Below the pieces are notes generated by a model, which had not been told where the DNA came from, did not search any database, and was given only the letters and a program-made list of their open reading frames with translations. The position numbers and the translations under genes were made by a program. Source: Scyliorhinus canicula (lineage: Eukaryota). From it: a stretch of 64,000 nucleotides of DNA. The DNA lies in NCBI RefSeq assembly GCF_902713615.1, contig NC_052146.1, forward strand, positions 85,267,982-85,331,981. Direction: 5' to 3'. Of the stretch, positions 12,360-24,661 are shown piece by piece. Position 1 is the stretch's first letter. The number at the start of each line of letters is the position of its first letter.

Positions 12360-15300
12360 TTGTGGCTAATAGAGCCAAGAAGATCTTTAAAATAACCTTT
12401 CCTGCCATAGGTGAAATTACCCTCAAATCTAAGTTTTCTTCAAATCCCCTTGCCACAAGCCTGGCCTTTGCCTTATAAATTCCATCCGGGAGAACCTTTT
12501 CTGTGCAAATCCATCTGTGGGATAGAGCTCTTTGTCCCCAATCCGGTACTTCCGTGTATACCCCAAATTCACTCCAACTATGCAATTATTGCTGTTTGGC
12601 ATCTTTGATAACTTCTTCATCTAACTTATTGGAAGCCACCAAAATCTCACGTGCATGTGGACATCCACTCCTATTAGTATTTGTAGTCTTACTCATGTTC
12701 CGAGACCTTGATAAACTACATCCCCTCTCCCGCATGGTATCTCATTCTGTACTGCTACTGCTTGATCTTTCCCTTCTGCTGTGGGATGTCCTTTCAATAG
12801 TTCTCGACCTTTCCTGCGAACCTGTTCACTACCCGATGTACTATCCGAACTGGCCTGCGTTTCTGTACCCTCCATTTTTGAACTCTGTGTTCCCAATCCA
12901 TTGTCTTGACACCCTCCCCTGAATGCTGTACATTCGACCAATGTTTATACTTTCCAGTGGCCTTTCCTGCTCTACTAATAACAGTTGCATCCTGCCATTA
13001 ACTAGACCCTTCAGGCAAGTATGTCACTTTTGTAGTTGTTCTTTCGTAAAAATGGCCTGTTCTAAATCATCAGAAGTGTTGTGTTCCTCTACAGAAACCC
13101 TGTCTATATCAGTTAACTGGTCCACGTGCGTATCGGATTATCGTGGGTCCTTGTCATGTCTGTCTGCTCTGTCTAAATTTGAAAATTTGTAATCTCTACC
13201 CATTATCCTTGATGAATGTACCCTAACAGTTTGATTACCATGTTGCAAAATAATTGTTTTGCCATCTATGCCAATGATCTTCCCTGGGCCTTTCCATTCA
13301 TTAGAATTGTCTCTCTTATAGTATCTAATGTCTCCTTGCTGAAAAACGGTATTTGATGGCCGTACATATTATACTTCAAAGCTCTGCGAATTCTTTCAGA
13401 GACTTCTGCTTCCAAAAAAACTGTTCTACTGCTATGTAATGCATTTAAATGCTCAGCAAAGGCTGGTCATCCAAAATAGACGGAATTTTAGGATTTCTAC
13501 CAAACACTAATTGATAGGGACTATAGCCCCCAACCATCTGCAATTAATTCTTTGCATGTACCGCCCATGATAAAGCTGACTTTAGCTTGCAGTTTGGTCT
13601 ATCTGCCAAAGTTTTCCGGAGCATGTCATCTATTAACGCATGGATCTTTCACACACACCATTACTAAATGGGCTTTCTGCAGCTATATTCAGAACTGTGA
13701 TATTCACGTTTTCACACATATCCCAAAACTCACCATTAGCAAATTCTCCTCCATTGTCTGCAAGGAATTTTGCCGGTGGGCCCATTCCTGTCCCTATCCA
13801 TTTTTCCACGATTTGATCCAGAATTACTCTCTTTTCTTTACTTCGTACAATCGTTGATTGACTAAATCTGGTTGCTAAATCTACAAAATGCAAAATAAAT
13901 ATATTATTGGCTTTATCCCAGATCTTAAGGTCCATGGCCACAATGTCGTTATAATCCCTGGCCAAAGATAAGGTTACTATCGGTTGTGCTGGTGTCCTTC
14001 TATACTTCCTACAAACTTCACAACGATCACTAACCTATTCTATTAGCTTAGCATAGTCTTCATCCCTTACCCCTGCATCCTTTAATAAATTTTTCAGCCT
14101 CCGAGGAGACGGATGTGCAAATTGCCTATGCAGTTTTAATACAACAAACTTTTTCTCAGCTAAAGTCCCATTTTCAACTGCCATTAACACATCCTTAACA
14201 ACTGTACTTGAAATATTATTTGTCAGTAATGGAATACAATAGTGTCCTGATTGCGTAAATGATAAGTCCACCATCTTTCCAAAAACTGTTGCCTTATCGT
14301 GTTCCATATCCAGTTTCATGTGTGCTTTCTTCCTCGAAGGTCTTCCCAGAAGCAAAGGTATCTCACTTGATCTAACATCCGTGCTAATGAAATGATTCAT
14401 CCTGCAATATTGCAAGGGATCACCACTCTTTTCAGCGACTTCAGAGTATTATCATCCCCAAACCTGAAACCTGTGGAACTTTCAAATTCCTTAACCTTGT
14501 TACGATTTTCAGCATTCAAGGAGTCCAAGTAACATTTTAACCAGTCAATTTTGCACACAGTAGATGTGCAGCCACTGTCCAATACAGCACAGTTGAAGGA
14601 TTCTGCAACCAACACCCTCATTACCGGCTTAAAACTGCCTGTTAATAGGACAATGCCTTCTTTCTGATCACTATCTTTTTCCTCTTCTGACTCTTCCGTG
14701 TCATGTGTCCCTTCAAACACTCTATCATAACGAGTTGGACAGTTGAAAGCATAATGGTATTGAGAGTCACATCGAAAACATCGATTATCATGCCCCGTGC
14801 ATTTCTGGGGTTCATCGTCCTATTGTAGGTACTAAGTGGGTTTCTGTCTTCATAATTTCCGGGTCCCGATCTCCTTCTATAGTCTTGGAACCAGTTTTTA
14901 GCCGTACGATTTCGCCATCCTTTTAGTAGTGTATCTTCCATATTCTGCTTTATTGCAGGCTGACCAATTTGGGTCATCAGAGCCATCGGAATTGAATGTT
15001 TCCCCAGAAACTTTTTTAAAGCTTCTGTCATCTGATCGAATAAGGTATCCTCATCCACAACACTGAACTCCTGTCAAAATCAGGAGTCTATCCACGTTGC
15101 TCACTCGAGCACAGTCAAGTAATTTAAAGGCCAACATGGACTGTGGAAAATCCAGGTTGTGTTTCTGCAGCCTTTTATATAGTCTGCCAAATTCCATTAC
15201 ATAGTCTTCCATGGAGAAATCCTCTATTTTACGGAACCTATCAAAATCCGACCATGCTTCATACGCACTTAACGAGCCATCCTTTTCATATATCTTATCC

Positions 15301-15529
15301 AAATAACATAATAGAGTGTGCAGACCTTCGTCTGAGTCTAACTCTTTCAATTCCAGCTCAGAAAACACTTTGCTCCGGATTTTACTGTCATTAGGTAGAG
15401 AAAGAGCCATTGCCATACCTTGTTTTCTCTTTCCCAAGGTAGTTACCTTAGTCCACATAACTACTGCACATCTCCATTGGTCGTACGATCCCCTTTCAGA
15501 AAATAAGGCGGGTAGTCATATCCAGCCAT
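12360..15529 (-). pseudogene. Copia gag-pol polyprotein, frameshifted
   Basis: ATG at 15529 (MAGYDYPP). gag QGMAMALSLP..AFKLLD; zinc knuckle CFRCDSQYHYAFNC; protease AVLDSGCTSTVC; integrase LHRQFAHPS..CEVC, VAMDLK, ADNGGEF, SNGVCER, WKGPGKIIG; RT start ELHSWSEFGVY..KARLVARGFEE. Confidence 0.88.
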
Positions 15530-15634
15530 CTTTATCCTAGGTTCAGCCATATATCTTTGTTTTATTTTCTTCTCACTCACTCCTTCGTTTGGTCTGGAAA
15601 AGTTGTATCTTTCAACCCTTCACATTTGCACAGC

Positions 15635-15652
15635 AACCATCCTCTGCTACCA
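15635..15652 (-). other. Primer binding site complementary to initiator tRNA-Met
   Basis: Minus strand TGGTAGCAGAGGATGGTT is the complement of the vertebrate tRNA-iMet 3' end (AACCAUCCUCUGCUACCA), 2 nt from the LTR. Confidence 0.92.
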
Positions 15653-15654
15653 TT

Positions 15655-15872
15655 TATTATACGTGTGGCTGCTGTTGTATAAAGAGTCGAAGGTTTCGCT
15701 CTTTTTCCACAAACACCTTTAATTTACGTCAACAGACTCCGCACAAAACTCTATCATCACATCACCTGACACAAAGGCCACCTGAAGCCCCTTTACATAT
15801 CAGTGTCAATTATTGGATACTTAATATAAATGAGACAACTAATTGGAATGTCTCTTAACCCATTACGTAACA
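15655..15872 (-). repeat. 5' LTR of the Copia element (~218 bp)
   Basis: Begins TGTTACG on minus; adjoins the PBS; homologous to 12260-12359. Confidence 0.88.
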
Positions 15873-18840
15873 AGCAAACTCTCCACCCTACCTGAGGGAG
15901 ACGCCAGCCCAGGGCGCAGACACTCCACTTGGAACGACCTGATGACGAGGAGTGTATGCAATTGAATTGCATCACCATGAGTTACCCCATCAGGATTTGC
16001 GTCCAGGTGAACGCCCACCCGATAGGGATAGAGTTGGTCATGGGGGCCACAGTTTCAGTAATTGGGAGACAAACGTTCAAGAGAATCAAAACTGAAGTTC
16101 AATGGTTGAGTTTGTGGGATACCAAGTGAAGCTGGCGATCTATACAGGTTATCCCCTCATCATGCGGGTACGACGATGACGCCGGTAACTTATGGACACC
16201 AGTCCGTTAGGCTGCTGTTAATAACTGTGAAGGGCCCTGGACCAAATTTGCTGGGCCGTGATTGGCTACAGCGCCTCGGGAGGATTGGCAACAGATCTTC
16301 TGGATGGGCATCGGAGGACTCCACAAAATATTGGAGAAGTACGCTGAGGTTTTTCAGGAAGGCCAGGACAGAATTAAGGGAACTGTAGCCAAACCATATA
16401 TGGACCCTGAGGACCAGCCTAAGACCTTCCAGGCCTATCCAGTCTCCGACAGGTTGAGGATGAACTCAGCGGACTGGTATCATCCAGCGGGTACAGTTTG
16501 CTGATTGGGCAGCGCTAGTAGTCCCGGTACTAAAACCTGACAAAACAGTATGCCTGTGCAGTGATTATAAGTTGACCATCAACAAAGCTTCCTGTCTAGA
16601 CAGGTACCCAATGCCGTGGATAGAAGACCTATATGCAAAGTTAGCCAGAAGTCATTCCTTTTCCAAGCTTGACGTGAGCCATGCCTATCTCCAGTTGGAG
16701 CTGGATGCCGATTCAAGGCATTACGTAACCATTAATACCCACAGAGACCTCTACGAATACACAAGGCTGCTGTTTGGAGTGTCATCGGCTTGCACAATTT
16801 TCAGTGCATTATGGAGAACATCCTCAGAGGGCTACTGCGTGTTGCGGTCTACTTGGATGGTGTCCTGGTCATCGGAGCCACGGAATGAGAGCACCTGACA
16901 AACTGGAAGAAGTCGTTCACCAGTTTTCTGAGACAGCAATCGCCTCCAGAGGGGAAACTGCATTTTTTACATCAAGGAAGTTACATACTTCACATCATGT
17001 AGACCGGGGTGGACTACACCTGCTAGAGAAGAAGGTGCAGGCGATCAGACAAGCCCTCATTCCGGAAAACGCGACAGAGTTACGGTCACTCTAAAGTCTC
17101 GTAAGCTACTTCAGGAAATGTATTCCTGGCCTGGTGGCCATCCTCACCCCACTGCACTCAGAATGGGCGTGGACAGCACCTCAGGAGGAAGCTTTTGCCA
17201 GGGTGAAGCAGCAACTAATGTCGTCCGGATTATTGACACAATACAACCCCTCAAAGCCTCGTTTGGTGATGGCGATGCCTCGCCTTCCGGAATGGGAGCT
17301 GTATTGTCCCACCACATGGCTGATGGAAAAGAAAGGTCGATAGCATTTGTGTCAAGGACTTTGACCGCTGTGGAGCACAATAATGCCCAGATAGAAAAGG
17401 AAGGGATGGCCATCGAATTCGTGGTGAAGAAATGTCACCAGTATGTGCATGGGCGTTGAATCACCAGTGTGACGGACACCAAGCTATTGCTGGGGTTTTT
17501 TAAAGGGAGAAGGTGATCCCACCGATAGCATCCGCCAGGACTCAGCGATGGGCCCTGTTGCAAGGGGCATATGAATACACCTTCCAGCATCGCCCAGACA
17601 TGCAAATTGCTAATGCAGACGCATTGATGAGGCTTCCGCTGCCCACACGGCCCCGCCTCCACCAAGAGCTGCAAAGTCATTTCAACACTGCACTTTATGG
17701 ACACCTTGCTGGTCACCGCAGCCCAGATAATCAATTGGATGCAGAAAGAGTCTGTATTAGCGAATGTACGCCACATCATCTTACATGGGGGCCAGCAGGG
17801 GAAGCTGCCTGAAGAACTATGTGCCTTTGAAGTCAAAATGCTGAAGCCGAGTGTGGAAGGTGGCATCCTCCTGTGGGGGGCTTGTGTTGTGGTCCCAATC
17901 CAGGGCAGACTCACCATCCTTCAGGATCTGCACAAAGGACATCCAGAGGTGTCAAAAATAAAGATGCTAGCCCACAGCTATGTGTGGTGGCCCGGACTGG
18001 ATCGACAGGCCAGGCACAATCAAACTATCGGCCCTACAGTGCACTGCATGTCCGGAAGATCAGAAACTCCTGCCTGCTATCCCACTACATCCATGGGAAT
18101 GGACAGGCCGGCCTTGTGTGCATCTACATGCCGATTTCACCAGACCATTCCAAGGATCGATATTTCTTCTCATGGTTGGCTACCATTCCAAATGGCTGGA
18201 AGTCTATTGGATGCCGTCTATCACATTGAGGACTTCTGTTGAGAAACTCCAACTCTCCTTTAGCACCCACGGCATTCCAGAGGTGCCGGTCACAGATAAT
18301 GGCACTGCCTTCACCAGTGAAGCGATCAAGTGATTTACGAAGACAAAAGAGGTGCAATACATCCGCACAGCCCTGTTTCACCCTTCCACAAACAGGCTGT
18401 CCCTGCGGGTTGTGAGGACCTTCAAGCGGGATCTGAAGAAACAGAACACAGGGTCCATGGAGACATGACTGGCAAGATCCTTCTTCAACTATCGACTATT
18501 GCACATGCCGTGATAGGCACCGGCAGAACCGGCCACTCAGGACCCGCCTCAGCCTCACCTTCCCTGATATTGGCGGGAATGTATGACAGAGTCAGAACCA
18601 GCAGAGACAAAGCCAAGGCAGGCGGACGTGGACCAGGAGTTTCAAACCAGGAAACACAGTTACATCCGCAACTTCGGGGACGGTGCCTGATGGATTCCAG
18701 GGACAGTGGTATGGCACCCGGATCGGTTGCATATCAGGTGCAGACGCGAGAACAGACGGTGCGGAAACACCTTGACCACCCCAGGAGCAGGGGACCAACA
18801 TTCAGATACGCCCCACTGGAGGAACCGTCTTCTAGCCATG

Positions 18841-19068
18841 TTTTTTTTTTATAAATTTAGAGTACCCAATTATTTTTTCCAATTAAGGGGCAATTTTAGC
18901 GTGGCCATTCCACCTTCTCTGCACATTTTTGGGTTGTGGGGGCGAAACCCACGCAGACATGGGGAGAATGTGCAAACTCCACACGGACAGTGACCCAGAG
19001 CCGGGATCGAACCTGGGACCTCAGCGCAGTGAGACGGTTGTGCTAACCACTAGGCCACCGTGCTGCCC
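18841..19068 (-). mobile_element. Short A-tailed V-SINE within the Gypsy
   Basis: 14-bp TSD GTCTTCTAGCCATG on both sides. Another copy lies in gag at ~11700-11890. Confidence 0.9.
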
Positions 19069-19798
19069 TGTCTTCTAGCCATGTTGCCCAACACATGAAG
19101 GCCTGTGAGTGTCACTTTCTGGAGGCCCCAACGCAGAGATATGCGAGATCATTGACTCCGACTTGGAAATGGAGACCCAGGCATCTGAGACGTCCGACGG
19201 CGACCTGGCCAGGGATCAGTCAGCAGTGGGTTTCCCCGACACGGTATACATCTCCCTACCCAGCTCCGGAGCCATTGGAAGGAAAGCCGTGGGTGAAGAA
19301 GACGTCCTCTTGCTCCACCCTTTTCAGAGGGACTTACAGGGTTTGGAGGCGGGGACCCAGCAGCGGGATAGTCGAGCTGCAGAGTAGACCCAGCTGGGAC
19401 TGAGACTGGGACTGGGACTATTACTTGTAAATAATTTATCTTGGTAATAAATCGTTTGCTTTGACTCGCCTTTCTGGATCCTCTGTGACTACTAAAGGTA
19501 GCAATTTTGAAAAGCGTGGAGCATGAGCTAAATCTAATAGTGATTACAAGGACATCAAGATGTATTTTGCTTTTCTAAATTCACAATCGTGCTTTCAAAA
19601 TAGTGATTTAATAGTGATTGCACTTTAGCTCACCATCTTGAACAATTCAAATAATTCAATATATCCTACTGCATGTGGTGTCTGTCAGATTTCCAAGGGA
19701 GGTGTTATATGATTCCTGGGGTGGCACCTGTATGCTCATGTCTTACAGTTCACTCAGGAAGTCTGAATTGTTCGGGTAACATATACTTTCCATGCATG

Positions 19799-20045
19799 GG
19801 GGCAGCACGGTGGCGCAGTGGTTAGCACTGCTGCCTCACGACGCCGAGGACCCGGGCCACTGTCCGTGTGGAGTTTGCACATTCTCCCTGTGTCTGCGTG
19901 AATCTCACCCCCACAACCCAAAGATCTGCAGGGTAGGTGGATTGGTGACGCAAAATTGCCCCTTAATTGGAAAAAGAATTGGGTACTTTAAATTCATAAA
20001 GAATAAAATAAATTAATTAAAAAATTAAAAACAACAACAAAAAAA
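19799..20045 (+). mobile_element. Short A-tailed V-SINE
   Basis: 16-bp TSD ATACTTTCCATGCATG. Confidence 0.9.
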
Positions 20046-20849
20046 TACTTTCCATGCATGTTGCAATCTGGAGCTATGGATAGTGATGGCAGAGGCTCAA
20101 ACATTCTTTTCATCACCCCAGCTGAACAGACATCTCTCCCACTCCTACTGGCTGTCATCGGCCTGTGTTGGAAGGATTTGCAGGTTGATAATCAACCTGT
20201 TTGGCTGCGTTATGAACACACCTTCCTTGGCCATCAAATCCTGAAGTGGGACTCGAACCTGGTGCTTCTGGCTTAGAGCAGAGATACTGCCCACTGCGCC
20301 ACAAAGCTTTCCTGCAAGCTTATGTATCTGAGGCAAATAAATACTCAAATAGTGTTGCATTTTCAGAAAAAGCTATTTGTTTTGAGCAGCTGTTTATTCC
20401 ATTGGAGCTGTTGCTACATGAAGCAAAGCTCTATCTGCTTTAGTGTCTGCCCTAAAGAGACCAGAGTTGAATTATATTAGTGGAAAATGCATATCAATTG
20501 GGAAGATTTTTCCTGTGTACACTGAGACAGAGCGGGACTTAAATTGTGATGTTCCACAACTTAAAATCACAGCTTTTCATCCCAAAAAGGTGAGCCAGTT
20601 GACATTGGAAAAATAGTGAGCAGAGGAATGAAATGCGTTGTTGTTATGGGATAGTGTAGTCTACTGAAACTTTGTCCTTTAACCTCTGAGCCTCGATTTC
20701 AACTTGAGCCAAGACAAATTGGACATAGAAGTATTTTTCACTAGCAGCTGTTAAAGTTCTAAAGTCCCAGTTCAATTGGCAATAAACCTGCATCCAAGAA
20801 GGTTTGTCCTTCAAATTCATTATTAAATAGAATTGAACTAATCTGACAT

Positions 20850-21368
20850 TTTAAAAAATAAATTTAGAGTACCCAATTATTTTTTTCCAATTAAGGGGCA
20901 ATTTAGCATGGCCAATTCACCTATCCTACACACATTTTTGGGTTGTGGGGGTGAGACCCACGCAGACATGGGGAGAATGTGCAAACTCCACATAATAATA
21001 TAATAATAATCTTTATTAGTGTCACAAGCAAGCTTACATTAACATTGCAATGAAGTTACTGTGAAAATCCCCTAGTCGCCAATCTCCGGCACCTGTTCGG
21101 GTACACTTTGGAGGAATTCTGAATGTCCAATTCACCTAACAAGCATGTCTTTCAGGACTTGTGGGAGGAAACTGGAATACCAGGAGTAAACCCACGCAAA
21201 CACAGGGAGAACGTGCAGACTCCACACAGACAGTGACCTAAACGGGAATCAAACCCAGATCCCTGGTGCTGTGAAGCAACTGTGCTACAGTGACCCGGGG
21301 CTGTGATCGAACACGGGTTCTCGGCGCTGTGAGGCAGCAGTGCTAACCACTGCGCTACCGTGCCGCCC
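20850..21368 (-). mobile_element. Short V-SINE with a Rex1-tail V-SINE (20993-21288) nested inside
   Basis: Outer copy is broken after CAAACTCCACA and resumes at AGTGACCCGGGG; flanks TGAACTAATCT(G/A)A; inner copy has an (ATT)n tail. Confidence 0.82.
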
Positions 21369-22029
21369 TGAACTAATCTAATTTAAGCATGCTACAATGA
21401 TAGAACCCATATCCTTGTCTAATTGAGCGGCTTCAAATTGTTGGCCTAGGCTTAGTAGTCAGCAGCAAGGTGACAGTATAGTTGCCCACCTCAAAGGATG
21501 CTACCCACAACAATACTGGTCTCTGTGGGTTCCTCCTTATTTGATGCCATTTGAATCTTGCACCAACCATCGGGGATCTCCAATGAGAAGTAACAATGAT
21601 GTCATCGAGCAGGCTAACCAGCTAACGACATTGAAGAATTCTCACAGGCAGGAAAGTAAAAGCCTGTTTTATTCTTTATCACTTAGTCATCTAACTGGGA
21701 ATGCACGCGTTAGATTAAGGTAGAAAATGAAATATTATAAACAAGCTTTAATTTTCTTTATTACTCCAAAACTCTATGGAATTTTAAACACAATCAAGAC
21801 ATTTGACATCCTACAAATATACAGTGGGCTGGATTTAATACAGCTTTCCACTTGGGACACATGATGGCCAGCCCTGCTTAGTCACAGGAGAGGCTGGCTG
21901 CATATCAGTCTCCTGACAGTGGGAAGATGAAGTTGAAAGCAGGAATGGGGCCATGGGGGAAACACACCAATTAAAATTGGGTTGTCATTTAGGTTCATTA
22001 TTGAACCCATCGAGATCAATTTTCTTTGA

Positions 22030-22579
22030 GGTGACAGTCAAGAAGGCAAATGCAATGTTAGCATTCATGTCAAGAGGACTAGAATACAAGACCAGGGAGG
22101 TACTTCTGAGGCTGTATAAGGCTCTCGTCAGACTCCATTTGGAATATTGTGAGCAGTTTTGGACCCCATATCTGAGGAAGGATGTGCTGGCCTTGGAAAG
22201 GGTCCAGAGGAGGTTCACAAGAATGATCCCTGGAATGAAGAACTTGTCGTATGAGGAATAGTTGAGGACTCTGGGTCTGTATTCATTGAAGTTTAGAAGG
22301 ATATGGGGGGATCTTATTGAAACTTACAGGATACTGCGAGGCCTGGATAGAGTGGACGTGGAGCGGATGTTTCCACTTGTAGGAGAAACTAGAACCAGAG
22401 GACACCATCTCAGACTAAAAGGACAATCCTTTAAAGCAGAGATGAGGAGTAAGTTGTTCAGCCAGAGGGTGGTGAATCTGTGGAACTCTTTGCCGCAGAA
22501 GGCTGTGGAGGCCAAATCACTGAGTGTCTTTAAGGCAGAGATCGATAGGTTCTTGATTAATATGGGGATCAGGGGTTAT
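22030..22579 (+). mobile_element. CR1 LINE 3' fragment (older), left part
   Basis: VKKANAMLAFMSRGLEYK..LYKALVRLHLEYCEQFW..RTRGH..WNSLP; one in-frame stop. Confidence 0.92.
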
Positions 22580-23780
22580 AAGAACATAAGAACATAAGAA
22601 CATAAGAACATAAGAACTAGGAGCAGGAGTAGGCCATCTGGCCCCTCGAGCCTGCTCCGCCATTCAATTAGATCATGGCTGATCTTTTGTGGACTCAGCT
22701 CCACTTTCCGGCCCGAACACCATAACCCTTAATCCCTTTATTCTTCAAAAAACTATCTATCTTTACCTTAAAAACATGTAATGAAGGAGCCTCAACTGCT
22801 TCACTGGGCAAGGAATTCCATAGATTCACAACCCTTTGGGTGAAGAAGTTCCTCCTAAACTCAGTCCTAAATCTACTTCCCCTTATTTTGAGGCTATGCC
22901 CCCTAGTTCTGCTGTCACCCGCCAGTGGAAACAACCTGCCCGCATCTATCCTATCTATTCCCTTCATAATTTTAAATGTTTCTATAAGATCCCCCCTCAT
23001 CCTTCTAAATTCCAACGAGTACAGTCCCAGTCTACTCAACCTCTCCTCATAATCCAACCCCTTCAGCTCTGGGATTAACCTAGTGAATCTCCTCTGCACA
23101 CCCTCCAGCGCCAGTACGTCCTTTCTCAAGTAAGGAGACCAAAACTGAACACAATACTCCAGGTGTGGCCGCACTAACACCTTATACAATTGCAACATAA
23201 CCTCCCTAGTCTTAAACTCCATCCCTCTAGCAATGAAGGACAAAATTCCATTTGCCTTTTTAATCACCTGTTGCACTTGTAAACCAACCTTCTGTGACTC
23301 ATGCACTAGCACACCCAAGTCTCTCTGCACAGCGGCATGCTTTAATATTTTATCGTTTAAATAATAATCCCGTTTGCTGTTATTCCTACCAAAATGGATA
23401 ACCTCACATTTGTCAACATTGTATTCCATCTGCCAGACCCTAGCCCATTCACTTAACCTATCCAAATCCCTCTGCAGACTTCCAGTATCCTCTGCACTTT
23501 TCGCTTTACCACTCATCTTAGTGTCATCTGCAAACTTGGACACATTGCCCTTGGTCCCCAACTCCAAATCATCTATGTAAATTGTGAACAATTGTGGGCC
23601 CAACACGGATCCCTGAGGGACACCACTAGCTACTGATTGCCAACCAGAGAAACACCCATTTATCCCAACTCTTTGCTTTCTATTAATTAACCAATCCTCT
23701 ATCCATGCTACTACTTTACCCTTAATGCCATGCATCTTTATCTTATGCAGCAACCTTTTGTGTGGCACCTTGTCAAAGGC
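22580..23780 (-). mobile_element. Young 5'-truncated CR1 LINE with uninterrupted RT ORF (22695-23768) and (TGTTCTTA)n tail
   Basis: 357 codons without a stop: GVPQGSVLGP, FADDTK, RPHLEYCVQFWSP; 3' UTR followed by 8-nt tandem tail. Confidence 0.95.
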
Positions 23781-23783
23781 GCT

Positions 23784-23892
23784 TGGGGAGAAGGCAGGAG
23801 AATGGGGATGAGAAAATATCAGCCATGATTGAATGGCGGAGTAGACTCAACGACCGAGTGGCCTAATTCTGCTCCTATGTCTTCTGGTCTTT
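23784..23892 (+). mobile_element. CR1 LINE 3' end (older), right part
   Basis: TGGGGAGAAGGCAGG continues ..ATCAGGGGTTAT of the left part; CR1-type 3' UTR ending CCTATGTCTT. Confidence 0.85.
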
Positions 23893-24661
23893 TAGAATGG
23901 TGGCTCAGGGATGACATGTAAGTGACATTGCTTTCCCATGCGTCCAGAAGACCACTTAGTGCCTGATTGTTTGATCCAGCATCAGGCAGGAGGGTGGTCG
24001 CTGAAAGCTAATCCCCTTGCTCTTGTCTCTAAAACTCCTGCAAATCCATGTCAGTCACTTGAAATTCCACCCAGTTAGTTATTCTTGGCTAGAGATGTCA
24101 TCCAGCAGGATGCCATTACAAATCCAGTTACACCTCATACAACAAGGCTTATGTGATATCATATGATCAAACTCCCTCACAATCTGTTCAAACTAGCTCC
24201 CGAGTTGTAGAAATATGACCCTGACTAAAAATAGGATTGTTGAAGGTTTCACAGTTTCTGGCTCCTGGCCATCAGGTACTTAGGGAGAAAAGTGCTGGGA
24301 GGTTCAACCAACAGTTGAACCAGACACAGCACCAATAGCTCAGATAGTGAGATGCTGTAGTGTGTTGGGCAGAATTTAATAGCAGTATAAAATCCCAGAT
24401 TCAGAACCTCCCTCAATACCACCCCCACCCCCTCCCCTGCCTCTATGTTGTGTTCACTGACAGGGGGCAGGTTGAAAAAAACAAGCATTACAATATACTT
24501 GTGAACCTCCAGGATAAGGGGGGGTGTTGGGGGAGTGGGACCGGGGCTGGGAGGTTGGCGAGAATTGTGGGGAAGGTGCTGAAATCAATCTAGATTCTCT
24601 GTTTAATGGTTGAAATCCATTGGCCACTATTTTCAGCACAATGGTTAAGGTGCTCATGCAT

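Larger units (their letters stand above)
12260..15872 (-). mobile_element. Ty1/Copia-order LTR retrotransposon, probably GalEa clade; RT-RNase H-PPT deleted
   Basis: TG..CA outer ends; exact TSD AGCAA (12255-12259, 15873-15877); domain order gag-PR-IN-RT; RT motif RW..KAKARLVARGFEE; tRNA-iMet PBS. Confidence 0.9.
11313..19496 (+). mobile_element. Decayed Ty3/Gypsy LTR retrotransposon (Mag/K02A2.6-like), host of the Copia insertion and two SINEs
   Basis: Starts TGTTATAA. gag AMLLTVCGAPIFSIIKRLMYP (~11428); protease region ~15990-16270; RT TINKASCLDRYPMPWIEDLYAKL..FSKLDVSHAYLQ; RNase H DASPSGMGAVL..IEKEGMA; integrase LHKGHPEVSKIKMLAHSYVWWPG, VTDNGTAF. Order PR-RT-RH-IN. Flanks GATAG/GGTAG. Confidence 0.88.

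Noticed and set aside
22578-22617. (ATAAGAAC)n tandem array
   Set aside because: Ordinary CR1 3' microsatellite tail; no spacers, not CRISPR-like.
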